DNA from: Candidatus Latescibacterota bacterium | Lineage (GTDB): Bacteria; Latescibacterota; UBA2968; GCA-2709665 | Assembly (NCBI GenBank): GCA_965208835.1 | Contig: OZ242358.1 | Coordinates: 3,872,001 to 3,936,000 of the forward strand | Direction: 5' to 3' | DNA length: 64,000 bases | In this document: positions 1-9,558 of the stretch, in pieces | How positions within the stretch are numbered: the first letter of the stretch is position 1 | Layout of the letters: each line of letters opens with the position of its first letter | Translations under genes and position numbers: made by a program | The notes under the pieces: model-generated | What the model was told of the DNA's origin: nothing | Databases searched by the model: none | The model's input: only the letters and a program-made list of their open reading frames with translations

Positions 1-2
1 GC

Positions 3-281
3 CTGGCCTATCGGAGTGATAAAACCGGCTTCGGCGGCAGCCTGCGCGGGGTATATCGAGGACGATACGGTTATGGGGACCGTAATCTGACGAGCATTCT
101 GGATGCGCCGGAAGAGTACGCGCCAGGCTACGACCTCTGGCACATTTCATTTTCTCATCAAATAAAGGATGCCGCAACGATTCGACTGGGTGTACGGAAC
201 ATCTTCGACGAAAAACGGCTGGACTACGTTCCCTCGCTGTCCGGCCGAACGCTGTACGCAGACCTTACGAAGGTCTTCTGA
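3..281 (+). CDS. TonB-dependent receptor, C-terminal fragment (5' truncated by window edge)
   Basis: Not in the ORF track. Frame starting at nt 3 is open to TGA 279-281 and reads ...GRYGYGDRN...PGYDLWHISF...RLGVRNIFDEK...PSLSGRTLYADLTKVF*. GVxNxFD, GRTxY and terminal Phe are typical TBDR C-terminal features; lies upstream of iron/heme genes. Confidence 0.8.
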   Translation: MAYRSDKTGFGGSLRGVYRGRYGYGDRNLTSILDAPEEYAPGYDLWHISFSHQIKDAATIRLGVRNIFDEKRLDYVPSLSGRTLYADLTKVF

Positions 282-355
282 TTGGATCGGGATTGATCTA
301 TTAAGGACACGATGAGAACCCCGACAATATCCACCAATCACTTGGCGGGAGGTGT

Positions 356-1597
356 ATGAAAGGAATCTTCTCATGTAGTATTTTTCTGTTGTTCGTGCTG
401 CCTGTGAACGTCACGGGCGAAAATGAAAAGTCGGAACCGAGAATAAAGCTCACGGGATACGGCGAGCTCATCTATTCGCATTTCGACTACGGCCCGGATC
501 AGAAGAGCAGCCCGACGGGTTCACCGCCTGACAGCCGCGCGATTATCGACGTTACGCGACTGGCGCTCGAGCTGGAAACCCATCTGCTGCACGGCGTCGA
601 ATTTGAAACTGAAGTGGAAATCGAACACGGCGGTACCGGGGGTGCCCTCGAAATTGAATACGAGGAATTCGGTGAGTACGAATCCGAAGTGGAAAAAGGC
701 GGTGAAGTCATCCTCGAAGAACTCTACATTAAACGCGAGTTCAGCGACGCCTTCAACGTCCGTCTGGGCCACTTTTACGTTGCCGTGGGACTCACCACGG
801 AGCTTTACCACCCCACGAGTTTTTTCGGAACGCGACGTCCTGAGTCGGAAACCTCGGTCATTCCCGCAATATGGCACGAAACCGGCATTGAAGTCAGCGG
901 CCACGGCGATCGTCTGAGCTACCAGATTCAACTCGTCAACGGCCTGGACGCTACGGGTTTCAGTTCACAAAGCTGGATTGTTGGCGGCCACCAGACGCGC
1001 TTCGAGGAAGTTCAAGCATCGAACATGGCCCTCGCGGGCCGGCTGGACTACCGTCTCGCGGATGGTCTCACCCTCGGAATTTCGGGCTATCGCGGCAATA
1101 GCGCCGACAACCGGCCCAAGCCCGATATGAAGGGCATCAGTGCCACGATATCCATATTCGATGTCCACGCCGTACTGCGATACAAGCGTCTGCGTGCGCA
1201 GGGCATGTATCTCTACGGACAGCTGCAGAACGCTGACATCGTAAGCCAGCGCAACCGATCGCTTTCCAATAATCTCGATGTGTTGCGCACGCCGGTCGCC
1301 AGTGGCGCCTATGCGTCTTATGCCGAAGCCGGCGTTGATATTCTGCCCACTCTCACGTTGCGGCCGGAAGATCAACTCTACGTGTTCCTGCGATTTGACC
1401 GCTACGACACAATGGCGAGTGTCCCGGAGAACTTTTTTGACAATCCACGATTCGAACGAACAGTATTCACCTTCGGTCTAAACTACGTTATGGACAACGC
1501 TGTCGTTCTCAAAGGCGACTACGCCATGCGTCGTCTGGGCCATTCAAAATTCAACGGAGAAAATACCGCCAGCTTCGGCGTTGGTTTTCAGTTCTAA
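356..1597 (+). CDS. Outer-membrane beta-barrel/porin of imelysin-associated iron uptake locus
   Basis: Signal peptide, amphipathic beta strands, acidic EHGG...EYEEFGEYESEVEKGGEV segment, C-terminal GVGFQF; RBS GGAGG before ATG. Confidence 0.75.
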   Translation: MKGIFSCSIFLLFVLPVNVTGENEKSEPRIKLTGYGELIYSHFDYGPDQKSSPTGSPPDSRAIIDVTRLALELETHLLHGVEFETEVEIEHGGTGGALEIEYEEFGEYESEVEKGGEVILEELYIKREFSDAFNVRLGHFYVAVGLTTELYHPTSFFGTRRPESETSVIPAIWHETGIEVSGHGDRLSYQIQLVNGLDATGFSSQSWIVGGHQTRFEEVQASNMALAGRLDYRLADGLTLGISGYRGNSADNRPKPDMKGISATISIFDVHAVLRYKRLRAQGMYLYGQLQNADIVSQRNRSLSNNLDVLRTPVASGAYASYAEAGVDILPTLTLRPEDQLYVFLRFDRYDTMASVPENFFDNPRFERTVFTFGLNYVMDNAVVLKGDYAMRRLGHSKFNGENTASFGVGFQF

Positions 1598-1617
1598 ACC
1601 CTTTCGAGGAGACACCC

Positions 1618-2694
1618 ATGAAATTTACGAGGATTTTACTCAGCTTCATGCTCGCCTTTTCGCTCGCCGCCTGCAGCGACAAGGATGAAAACCCGGTTGC
1701 ACCTGAACCGGAACCGGATCCCGGATTCGACTTTTCATCTATTTTGACCGATTTTGCGGATAAGACGGTTATCCCGATCTATAAGGATCTTGCCGACAAG
1801 ACGTCCGACCTCCTCGTCGCAGTCAACAATCTCCGGACCAATCCATCGCCCGCGACGTTGTCAACCGCCCGTGCGGCGTGGGTGGCCTCGCGCCAGCCCT
1901 GGGAGAGAAGCGAAGCGTTTCTGTTCGGCCCTGTCGACTTCAAGGGTTACGATCCGGCACTGGATTCCTGGCCCGTAAACCGCGCGGACCTGGAAGCCGT
2001 ACTCTCGAGCGGCGATGCCTTAACCAAAACGTCCGTCAATAACCTCGAAAACACGCTCAAGGGATTTCATACGGTTGAATTCCTGCTCTATGACGACGGC
2101 GGAAGCAAGGCCGTCAGCGATTTCACGACTCGCCAGTTCGATTATCTGATAGCGGCGACTGAACTGCTCGACGATGCAGCCAACGCGATGTACACCGACT
2201 GGAGCGCATCGGGCGGCAACTTCCGCGACCAGGTTGTCAATGCAGGCGGGGGCAGCAACACCTACACCACGCAGAAAGCAGCCGTCCAGGAAATGATCAA
2301 TGGCATGGTTGGCATCGCCGACGAAGTCGGAAACGGTAAAATTGCCGACCCCTTCAACGAACAGGACACACGGCTTGTCGAATCGCAATTCAGCTTCAAT
2401 TCTCTCCTTGACTTCCAGAACAATATTCGTGGTATATGGCACGTGTACACCGGCGGATACAATGTCCAGGCAGTGGGCCTCGACTATTTCGTCAGGAGCA
2501 GGAACGCGTCTCTCGACCAGCGCCTGAAGGATGAAATCGAGACGGCCATCGAGGAGATCGGGAAGATCTCCTTCCCGTTCCGCGATGCTCTGGCTACCGA
2601 TGCAGCGCAGATCACGGCAGCCCAGCAGGCCATCGCCACGGTGCAGGCGACCCTCGAAGGCGATGTCTTGCGCCTGGTGAACGCAGAGCCATAA
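1618..2694 (+). CDS. Imelysin (peptidase M75/IrpA-like) lipoprotein
   Basis: Lipobox LAAC; GxHxxE motif KGFHTVEF; W..SEAFLFGP...LDSWP; ESQFS motif. Confidence 0.9.
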   Translation: MKFTRILLSFMLAFSLAACSDKDENPVAPEPEPDPGFDFSSILTDFADKTVIPIYKDLADKTSDLLVAVNNLRTNPSPATLSTARAAWVASRQPWERSEAFLFGPVDFKGYDPALDSWPVNRADLEAVLSSGDALTKTSVNNLENTLKGFHTVEFLLYDDGGSKAVSDFTTRQFDYLIAATELLDDAANAMYTDWSASGGNFRDQVVNAGGGSNTYTTQKAAVQEMINGMVGIADEVGNGKIADPFNEQDTRLVESQFSFNSLLDFQNNIRGIWHVYTGGYNVQAVGLDYFVRSRNASLDQRLKDEIETAIEEIGKISFPFRDALATDAAQITAAQQAIATVQATLEGDVLRLVNAEP

Positions 2695-2790
2695 GAGCCG
2701 CCCACGCGACTGCAGGCGAGCCGACAGGGCAATCTATAGAAGATGCCCTGTCGGCGCAGTTAAGGCAGCCGTCCGCTTTTTCCACTGTGC

Positions 2791-4191
2791 ATGAGACCCG
2801 TATACGTGACAAAAACCGGCAAGACTCCACTGGCTATCGCCGCCTTGCTGCTCATTTCGGCGTGTGGCAGTGAAGAGACGATTTCTCCAGTTCCCGACGA
2901 AACCAGACCGCTGTCTGGCGGGCAGGCGACCGTTTTCGACGCCTCCAGTCAAGCTTTCGAAATGCCCATTCCGACGCTCTCGGCCAGCGAACTTGAGAAG
3001 TTTCTCGCTGGTGATGCCACCTTCGAACAGGTTTTCGTCACGCCGCCCGCGGAGGTGAATCCCGGGGCGGGTCCCGTATTCAGCCACACCTCCTGCGTGG
3101 GATGTCATTTGCGCGACGGACGCGGGCGCGGCTCATTCGGCACCGAGCCGCCCTTTGTCGGCTCCATGCTCTTGCGCATCAGTCTTCCCGGCTTCTCTCC
3201 GCACGGCGGTCCGGCGCCTGTACCGGGTTTCGGGATACAGCTCGGCGACCGCGCGAACTATGGCGTTAAGCCCGAAGCACGCGTCCAGGTCAGTTCTTTC
3301 GAAACGGTGGAAAGACTCGCGGACGGCGAGGAAGTCTACCTGAAACACCCCGTCTACTACATAGTAGACACGTATCAACCTTTGCCAGCCGGCGTGCTCC
3401 TGTCGGCGCGCATGGCGCCGCCCGTATTCGGTCGCGGTCTTCTCGAAGCGATTTCCGAGTCTGACATTCTCGCCCTGTCGGATCCCGCGGACGCCGACGG
3501 GGACGGCATTTCGGGCCGTCCCAACTACGTGCATAATTTCCGGACGGGCCAGACGGAACTCGGACGTTTCGGCCGGAAAGCCAACAATCCCGATATATTG
3601 CAGCAGGTCGCGAGCGCGTACAAAGAGGACATGGGCGTTACCAGTCCATACTTTCCCATTGAATCGGTATGGGGGCAGACTCAATACGACGGCCGCGACG
3701 ACGATCCGGAGATTACACAGGATATTCTGGACATCACGACGTTCTATATCCAGACGCTCGCCGTACCCGCACGGCGCAATTGGGACGATCCCCAGGTCAT
3801 TCGCGGTGAGATACTCTTTGAATCGACGGGTTGCGCCGGCTGCCATACGACCACGTTCCGGACGGACAGCCACCCGATCGCGGCATTATCCGGCCAGATC
3901 ATCCATCCCTATACCGATCTGCTGCTGCACGACATGGGCGACGCCCTGGCCGACGATCGACCGGACTTCGAAGCCACGGGGCGCGAATGGAAGACGCCGG
4001 CGCTCTGGGGCCTTGGGCTCACGGAAACCGTCAATGGCATTCCGCCGGGATTCCTGCACGACGGCAGGGCGTTGACCCTGCTGGAAGCGATTATGTTTCA
4101 CGGCGGCGAAGCCGAACGGTCGCGCGAAGCCGTGCGCCGGCTTTCCACGGAAAATCGGGAAGCCCTGCTCGCGTTCTTGCGATCGTTGTAG
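2791..4191 (+). CDS. Di-heme oxidoreductase family (DHOR) c-type cytochrome lipoprotein
   Basis: Two CxxCH motifs (CVGCH, CAGCH), lipobox ISAC, YTDLLLHDMG, WKTPALWG and FLHDGRA motifs. Confidence 0.9.
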   Translation: MRPVYVTKTGKTPLAIAALLLISACGSEETISPVPDETRPLSGGQATVFDASSQAFEMPIPTLSASELEKFLAGDATFEQVFVTPPAEVNPGAGPVFSHTSCVGCHLRDGRGRGSFGTEPPFVGSMLLRISLPGFSPHGGPAPVPGFGIQLGDRANYGVKPEARVQVSSFETVERLADGEEVYLKHPVYYIVDTYQPLPAGVLLSARMAPPVFGRGLLEAISESDILALSDPADADGDGISGRPNYVHNFRTGQTELGRFGRKANNPDILQQVASAYKEDMGVTSPYFPIESVWGQTQYDGRDDDPEITQDILDITTFYIQTLAVPARRNWDDPQVIRGEILFESTGCAGCHTTTFRTDSHPIAALSGQIIHPYTDLLLHDMGDALADDRPDFEATGREWKTPALWGLGLTETVNGIPPGFLHDGRALTLLEAIMFHGGEAERSREAVRRLSTENREALLAFLRSL

Positions 4192-4315
4192 AAAGCCAAC
4201 CTGGCGCGATGAAAATCGGCTGGACGAAACATCCTCGGCACCCTGCCGGACGCCTTGCGCCGAGTAGATCGGTAGACGCCGATCTACTTCCACAAACCTT
4301 CATAGGGAGGATGTT

Positions 4316-5590
4316 GTGAATTTGCGACGCTTGTTTTACGCCTGCATTGTCGTCCTTGCAACCGTGCCGCTTCTCGCCCAGATGGCTGGCGACGCCGATT
4401 TCGACGGCAACGGCGAAGTCGATTTTCAGGACTTCCTATTGTTCGCCCGCGCTTTCGGGTCCACGGATCCTCAATTCGATCTGGACGGGAACGGCGAGGT
4501 CGACTTTCAGGACTTCCTATTGTTCGCCCGCGCTTTCGGCGGTCCGGCAGAGCCCGACATGGCGCCCATTACGACGTTGACGGAGGTCGTGGTACGCGAC
4601 CTTCCGTCCGACCCCGACAGGCTGGACGTTTTCACCTATTACAGCCTGAGGGACAGCGCCATCGTCGCCCGGACCGATTCCAATTCCACGAAGTGGGACC
4701 TCGCATTCAAGTCGACAACGGTCCTGATCAACGGCGGCAGCAGCGGACCGGGCGATGGCGGCGCGATCGTGCTGACGGAAACGGACTACGATACCCTCTC
4801 AATGGCGCCCGATTCTGAATATGCGGTTGACATGGAGGGACAACCGGCGATTTCTGGGCAATGGTATACCTATACCGGTCCGCCCGACCATCACATCCTG
4901 ATCAACCCGGGCGTAGTGCTGGTTGTCCGCACGGCCGACGGGAGATACGCCAAGCTCAAGTTTACGAGTTATTATAAAGGTGGGGAGGCAGTTCCTTCGT
5001 CACCCGAAGCGAGGGGGCGCTTTCTGAATTTCACCTACACGTTCCAGCCGGATGACTCCCGTTCCCTTGTCGGACCATCCATGGAAATCACAACGCTTAC
5101 GGAAGTCATTGCCCGCGACGTCGCCGCAGACACGGGTAACGTGGGCGCCTTCACCTTCTACAGTCTCCGCGACAGCGGTCTTGTCGCCAGTGCGGACTCC
5201 AATTCCACGAAGTGGGACCTGGCTTTCAAGTCCACGACCGTACTCACGAACAGCGGCAGCAGCGGGCCCGGAGAGGGCGGCGCGATCGTGCTGACCGCGA
5301 CGGATTACGATACACTGTCGATGGCGCCCGATTCGGAATACGCCGTCGATCAGGAGGGACAACCGGCGATTTCTCGGCAATGGTATACCTATACCGGGCC
5401 GCCGAGCCACCAGATCCTGATGAACCCCGGCATCGTGATCGTGGTTCGTACAGCCGACGGGCGATACGCCAAGCTCAAATTCACGAGCTATTACGAGGGA
5501 GGGGAGGCGATTCCGGCTGGGGACGCAAGATCCCGCTTCTATCATTTCACATATACGTTTCAACCCGACGGCTCGCGCTCGTTTCGTTGA
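4316..5590 (+). CDS. Secreted tandem HmuY-like heme-binding protein with N-terminal dockerin/EF-hand-like duplicated motif
   Basis: Signal peptide; 2x DxDGNGEVDFQDFLLFARAFG; two ~173-aa repeats each with YSL..., WDLAF, WYTY, VRTADGRYAKLKFTSYY (HmuY hallmarks). Confidence 0.85.
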   Translation: MNLRRLFYACIVVLATVPLLAQMAGDADFDGNGEVDFQDFLLFARAFGSTDPQFDLDGNGEVDFQDFLLFARAFGGPAEPDMAPITTLTEVVVRDLPSDPDRLDVFTYYSLRDSAIVARTDSNSTKWDLAFKSTTVLINGGSSGPGDGGAIVLTETDYDTLSMAPDSEYAVDMEGQPAISGQWYTYTGPPDHHILINPGVVLVVRTADGRYAKLKFTSYYKGGEAVPSSPEARGRFLNFTYTFQPDDSRSLVGPSMEITTLTEVIARDVAADTGNVGAFTFYSLRDSGLVASADSNSTKWDLAFKSTTVLTNSGSSGPGEGGAIVLTATDYDTLSMAPDSEYAVDQEGQPAISRQWYTYTGPPSHQILMNPGIVIVVRTADGRYAKLKFTSYYEGGEAIPAGDARSRFYHFTYTFQPDGSRSFR

Positions 5591-5616
5591 TTGACCATCT
5601 GAAAGGGAGGTACACG

Positions 5617-5946
5617 ATGGTCTCCGTTGCGAATCGGATCTACATCCACCCGGACTATGCCGCGAATTTCGAGGAGCGGTTTCGCAACCGCGCGCATCTG
5701 GTGGACGGTATGCCCGGGTTCATCTCCAACAAGGTACTGAGACCCATGAAGAGTGGGGATCCCTACGTGGTGCTGACCCTATGGGAGTCCCGCGAGGATT
5801 TCAAGAACTGGGTGAATTCGGAGGAGTTCCAGAAGGGCCACTCCAGATCGGGAACGCTGCCGAAAGAGGCGTTCACGGAACCCAGCCACCTTGAAATCCA
5901 CGAGGTGTTTCTGGACACGGAACGGGAGCACGCGGACGCGGTTTGA
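5617..5946 (+). CDS. ABM-family (IsdG/HmoA-like) heme-degrading monooxygenase
   Basis: True start is ATG 5617 after GGGAGG (track ORF from 5212 is over-extended). VANRI...FEERF...GMPGF...VLTLWESREDF..WVNSEEF..GH, with the Asn/Trp/His pattern of IsdG-like enzymes. Confidence 0.8.
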   Translation: MVSVANRIYIHPDYAANFEERFRNRAHLVDGMPGFISNKVLRPMKSGDPYVVLTLWESREDFKNWVNSEEFQKGHSRSGTLPKEAFTEPSHLEIHEVFLDTEREHADAV

Positions 5947-5999
5947 CTAACCTCTTCCGAGCCACACCCGCGGTATAGGGATGATTGCGGCGGAACACA

Positions 6000-6039
6000 C
6001 AAGGGGCTACGAGCCATTACTCGTAACCCCTTGTTTTTT
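6000..6039. terminator. Stem-loop between convergent ABM gene and tRNA-Pro
   Basis: caagggg-c-tacgag ... ctcgta-a-ccccttg followed by a T run. Confidence 0.55.
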
Positions 6040-6040
6040 A

Positions 6041-6117
6041 TGGTCGGGGAGGCGGGATTCGAACCCGCGACCCCCTGCTCCCAAAGCAGGTGCTCTGCCG
6101 GACTGAGCCACTCCCCG
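6041..6117 (-). tRNA. tRNA-Pro (anticodon TGG)
   Basis: Reverse complement CGGGGAGTGGCTCAGTCCGGCAGAGCACCTGCTTTGGGAGCAGGGGGTCGCGGGTTCGAATCCCGCCTCCCCGACCA: cloverleaf, TTCGAAT T-loop, encoded CCA. Confidence 0.97.
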
Positions 6118-6416
6118 TACCAACATCCTGGATATCACAATTCCGTTCGGAATATCTACAATTCACAGATATTGGGCAAGCAAAAAAGCCGAAACATGCA
6201 CGCGTACCGCGTAGACCTGAGACAAGCCTCGAATCATGCCCGGCTGTTTATGACACGTATACCCGTCAACACAATCGATCCCGGTTCTCAACATCCACAG
6301 CGCCCGCCATTCCGAGGTCCATGGATTTCACTTGCCCGGACTGACGGCGCAAGGTAATTTGGCGTGCGGTTGTAACCGAGTCGTCTTGCAAACCGATTTC
6401 GAGAGAATCTTTCCCT

Positions 6417-7550
6417 ATGCCCGACAAACCGGTACTCATTATCGACGGCCATCTGGATATGGCCTTTAATGCGCTCTTCTACCGGCGCGACCTCACACAG
6501 CCGGTACATGTACTGCGCGAACGTGAAGACGTCGTTCGCGCCGACCTGTCGACCCATAAGGACTCGCTGGAACGACGTGCTGGCCTGGAGGACAAGCGCT
6601 ACACGGTGACCGTAACCCTGCCAGAGATGCGAGAGGGCCACGTCGGTATCATGCTTTCAACGATCATGGCACGCGTTCAGGCCCCCTCCATCGACTCCCA
6701 CAACTCCGTTCGCGCCCAGTCGGTCGCATACGCAAGAGGCCAGAGCCACCTCCACTACTACAACGCCCTCGCCCGCCGGGGTGAAATCACGTTCATCAGA
6801 AACACCGGCGACCTGGATGAATGTGTCGCGTCGTGGGAGCATCCAACGGATACCACGCCGATCGGCCTGATTCTCACCGCCGAAAGCGCCGACCCCATCC
6901 TGGGGCCCGACCAGGTGGGAGATTGGTGGGACGCCGGACTGCGCTCGGTATCCCTTACCCACTTCGGGGCCAATACCTACGGCCACGGGACCGGCACGGT
7001 CGGAGGGCTCTATCCGCCCGCCTATCCCCTGATGGACGCCTTTAAAGACGTGGGCATGGTCATCGACCTCACGCACGCGTCGGACCTCACGTTCTGGCAG
7101 ATCATGGACTATTGGGACGGACCGGTCCACGCAAGCCACTGCAACTGCCGGGCGCTCCTTCGCGGCCAGAGGCACCTGAGCGACGAGATGATTCAGGCCA
7201 TCGTCGAACGCGGCGGCGTCATCGGAGTGGTCTTCGCAGAACAGATGCTCAGCCCCTCCTGGGACTGGGACGATCCTTCAACGCATTACACCACCGCCAC
7301 GCGGCCGATGAAGGCCGTTGTCGAACACGTCGACCACATCTGCCAGCTCACAGGCAACAGCCGTCACGTTGCCATCGGAACGGATCTGGACGGCGGGTTC
7401 GGACTGGAGCTCTCACCCACGGACTACAACACGATCACCGACCTCCAGCGGTTTCCCGGCATCCTGGAAGCGCAGGGATACGATTCTGAAGACATCGACA
7501 ACATCTGTCATGGAAACCTGATCCGATTCTTCAAGGAGGCGTGGTCCTGA
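6417..7550 (+). CDS. Membrane dipeptidase (peptidase M19, amidohydrolase superfamily)
   Basis: DGHLD, ESAD, IDLTH, ASHCN, GTDLDGG, GNLIR motifs. Confidence 0.9.
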   Translation: MPDKPVLIIDGHLDMAFNALFYRRDLTQPVHVLREREDVVRADLSTHKDSLERRAGLEDKRYTVTVTLPEMREGHVGIMLSTIMARVQAPSIDSHNSVRAQSVAYARGQSHLHYYNALARRGEITFIRNTGDLDECVASWEHPTDTTPIGLILTAESADPILGPDQVGDWWDAGLRSVSLTHFGANTYGHGTGTVGGLYPPAYPLMDAFKDVGMVIDLTHASDLTFWQIMDYWDGPVHASHCNCRALLRGQRHLSDEMIQAIVERGGVIGVVFAEQMLSPSWDWDDPSTHYTTATRPMKAVVEHVDHICQLTGNSRHVAIGTDLDGGFGLELSPTDYNTITDLQRFPGILEAQGYDSEDIDNICHGNLIRFFKEAWS

Positions 7551-7614
7551 CGACCGCCGTTTCGTTGCCTGCCCACGCGCCAGACCGCCGCGTCAATCAA
7601 GCCAGGGGTTTCGA

Positions 7615-8697
7615 ATGCCCGACCGTCCGTACCTGATCGCAGACAGCCACCTTGACCTGGGGTTCAGCGCTATTCAGGTCAACCGGGACCTCACGCAGCC
7701 GGCCGCAACCGTCCGCGTCCACGACGCCGAACCCGTGATGCGCAGCTTCGGTAGCTGTACCGTGACCTTTCCGGAACTCCGCCGGGGCAACGTTGGCATC
7801 ATATTCGGCACGATGATGTCCCGAACCGACCCGAATGACCGCTGGACCCGCACGGGCATGTATTGCCAGGACCAGTGCCACGGCGTAGGCAGAGGCCACC
7901 TGGCCTATTATCAGGCGATGGAACGCGAAGGCGTGGTTCGATTCATCCGCAATTCGCGGGACCTGGACGAAACGGTGGCCGCCTGGGAAGACCCAGCTCC
8001 GGACACGCCTATCGGCGTGGTGGTGGCCATGGAAAGCGCCGACCCCATCCTGGACCCGTCCCAGGTTCCCGAATGGTACGATCTGGGGCTCCGCATCGTG
8101 AGCATTTCACACTACGGCGTCAGTTCTTATTGCCACGGCACCGGCACCGAAGGCGGCCTCCTCGAACGCGGCAAACCGCTGCTCGACGCATTGAAGGAAG
8201 CGGGGATTATCGTCGACCTCACCCACACCACGGACCGGGCCTTCTGGGAAATCCTGGACGTCTACGACGGCCCGGTGGCCGCCTCCCACCACAATTGCCG
8301 GGCACTCACCCCCGGACAGCGCCAGCTAACCGACGAGATGATCGCCGCCATCGTCGAACGGGGCGGCGTGATCGGCGCCGCATTCGATGCCTGGATGCTG
8401 GATCCCGACTGGAATCGTGAGATTCCCTGCTGGGCCCAGAGTACAAAGGCCACCCTCGAAACCGTTGCCGATCACATCGACCACGTCTGCCAGCTTGCGG
8501 GAAACGCACGGCACGCCGGCATCGGAACGGACCTGGACGGCGGTTTCGGACAGGAACAGGCCCCGCGCGACCTGAACACCATCGCCGACCTGCAGAACCT
8601 GGTCGGCATCCTCCAGCGCCGTGGCTACGGCGAACCCGACGTTCGCAACATCCTCTCCGGCAATTGGGTCCGTTTCCTCAAGGAAGTGTGGGAGTAG
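7615..8697 (+). CDS. Membrane dipeptidase (peptidase M19), tandem paralog
   Basis: DSHLD, ESAD, VDLTH, ASHHN, GTDLDGG, GNWVR; collinear with the upstream paralog. Confidence 0.9.
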   Translation: MPDRPYLIADSHLDLGFSAIQVNRDLTQPAATVRVHDAEPVMRSFGSCTVTFPELRRGNVGIIFGTMMSRTDPNDRWTRTGMYCQDQCHGVGRGHLAYYQAMEREGVVRFIRNSRDLDETVAAWEDPAPDTPIGVVVAMESADPILDPSQVPEWYDLGLRIVSISHYGVSSYCHGTGTEGGLLERGKPLLDALKEAGIIVDLTHTTDRAFWEILDVYDGPVAASHHNCRALTPGQRQLTDEMIAAIVERGGVIGAAFDAWMLDPDWNREIPCWAQSTKATLETVADHIDHVCQLAGNARHAGIGTDLDGGFGQEQAPRDLNTIADLQNLVGILQRRGYGEPDVRNILSGNWVRFLKEVWE

Positions 8698-8796
8698 GAG
8701 ATCCACGGGACGCGGGAGCAAAGAAACGCGTGGAGTCGGGAACGTTGCCTCGCGACCATGCGATTTCCCATCACTGCCATTGAAGGGCGCCCAGAC

Positions 8797-9525
8797 ATGT
8801 CCGAAACGGTAGAATCGACGCCATCCTCGCTGAGCGAGTCGCCGGATCGCGCGGCTCGCAAGGCGGGATTTCTCTTGCTTCTTACCGTAATTTTCACGGT
8901 TGCGCTCATCTACACGCGGGTCGCCGCCGACGCCGACCAGCCAACGCTGCTCGAGTCGCTGGCAGCCATTTCACGGCGTCCGGCCATGTACATCCTTTCA
9001 GGAGTTGCACGGCTGTTGTCCGGCATTGCGCTCCTAGGTGCAGGCTTGCTCCTGTTGCAAACCTGGATCATTCGAGGGGGCTGGGCGACATCGGCCGTCC
9101 CCCGCCTGTTCGTGTTATCGGGCGCGCTCACCGCGGTGTCGGGAGGGATCGCAGTCCTGATCGCCCTGCATCCCGCGCTCGAGGCCGTATCAGTTGGCGG
9201 GGCCTCACCTGTTCCCGGCATGTCCGTGCTGGAGTCGATGTCGGACCTGCGCTGGCTCACTGGCGCGGGAGGATTCGCCGCAGCGGGACTCGCCCTGGTC
9301 GTGGCTTCCAGGTATCAGTGGAAAGTGGGCGGCGCGCTGCGAAGGGTAGTGCCCATCTCGGCAGTACTGGGCGTCGCGATGCTATTCATCTGGTTTGACG
9401 GCGCGGCGGCTTTCCACATGGTAGTAGGAACGGTCTTCCTGATCTGGCTCATCGTCATCGGATCCATGCTTGCCAGCGGACGCGTTGAACGGCAATATAC
9501 CACGACTTATCTGAGGGAAAGTTGA
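8797..9525 (+). CDS. Multi-pass membrane protein, unknown function
   Basis: About 6 hydrophobic segments; start may be 8758 or 8797. Confidence 0.6.
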   Translation: MSETVESTPSSLSESPDRAARKAGFLLLLTVIFTVALIYTRVAADADQPTLLESLAAISRRPAMYILSGVARLLSGIALLGAGLLLLQTWIIRGGWATSAVPRLFVLSGALTAVSGGIAVLIALHPALEAVSVGGASPVPGMSVLESMSDLRWLTGAGGFAAAGLALVVASRYQWKVGGALRRVVPISAVLGVAMLFIWFDGAAAFHMVVGTVFLIWLIVIGSMLASGRVERQYTTTYLRES

Positions 9526-9558
9526 CCCGGGATTTCCCGTCTATCTACGCGCGTGTGT

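Noticed and set aside
5946-6117. tRNA-Pro 3' end as the att site of an island carrying the heme operon
   Set aside because: No integrase or duplicated tRNA end is visible in the window; cannot be tested without upstream sequence.
6031-6357. 108-aa ORF MVGEAGFEPAT...
   Set aside because: Translation of the tRNA-Pro antisense strand.
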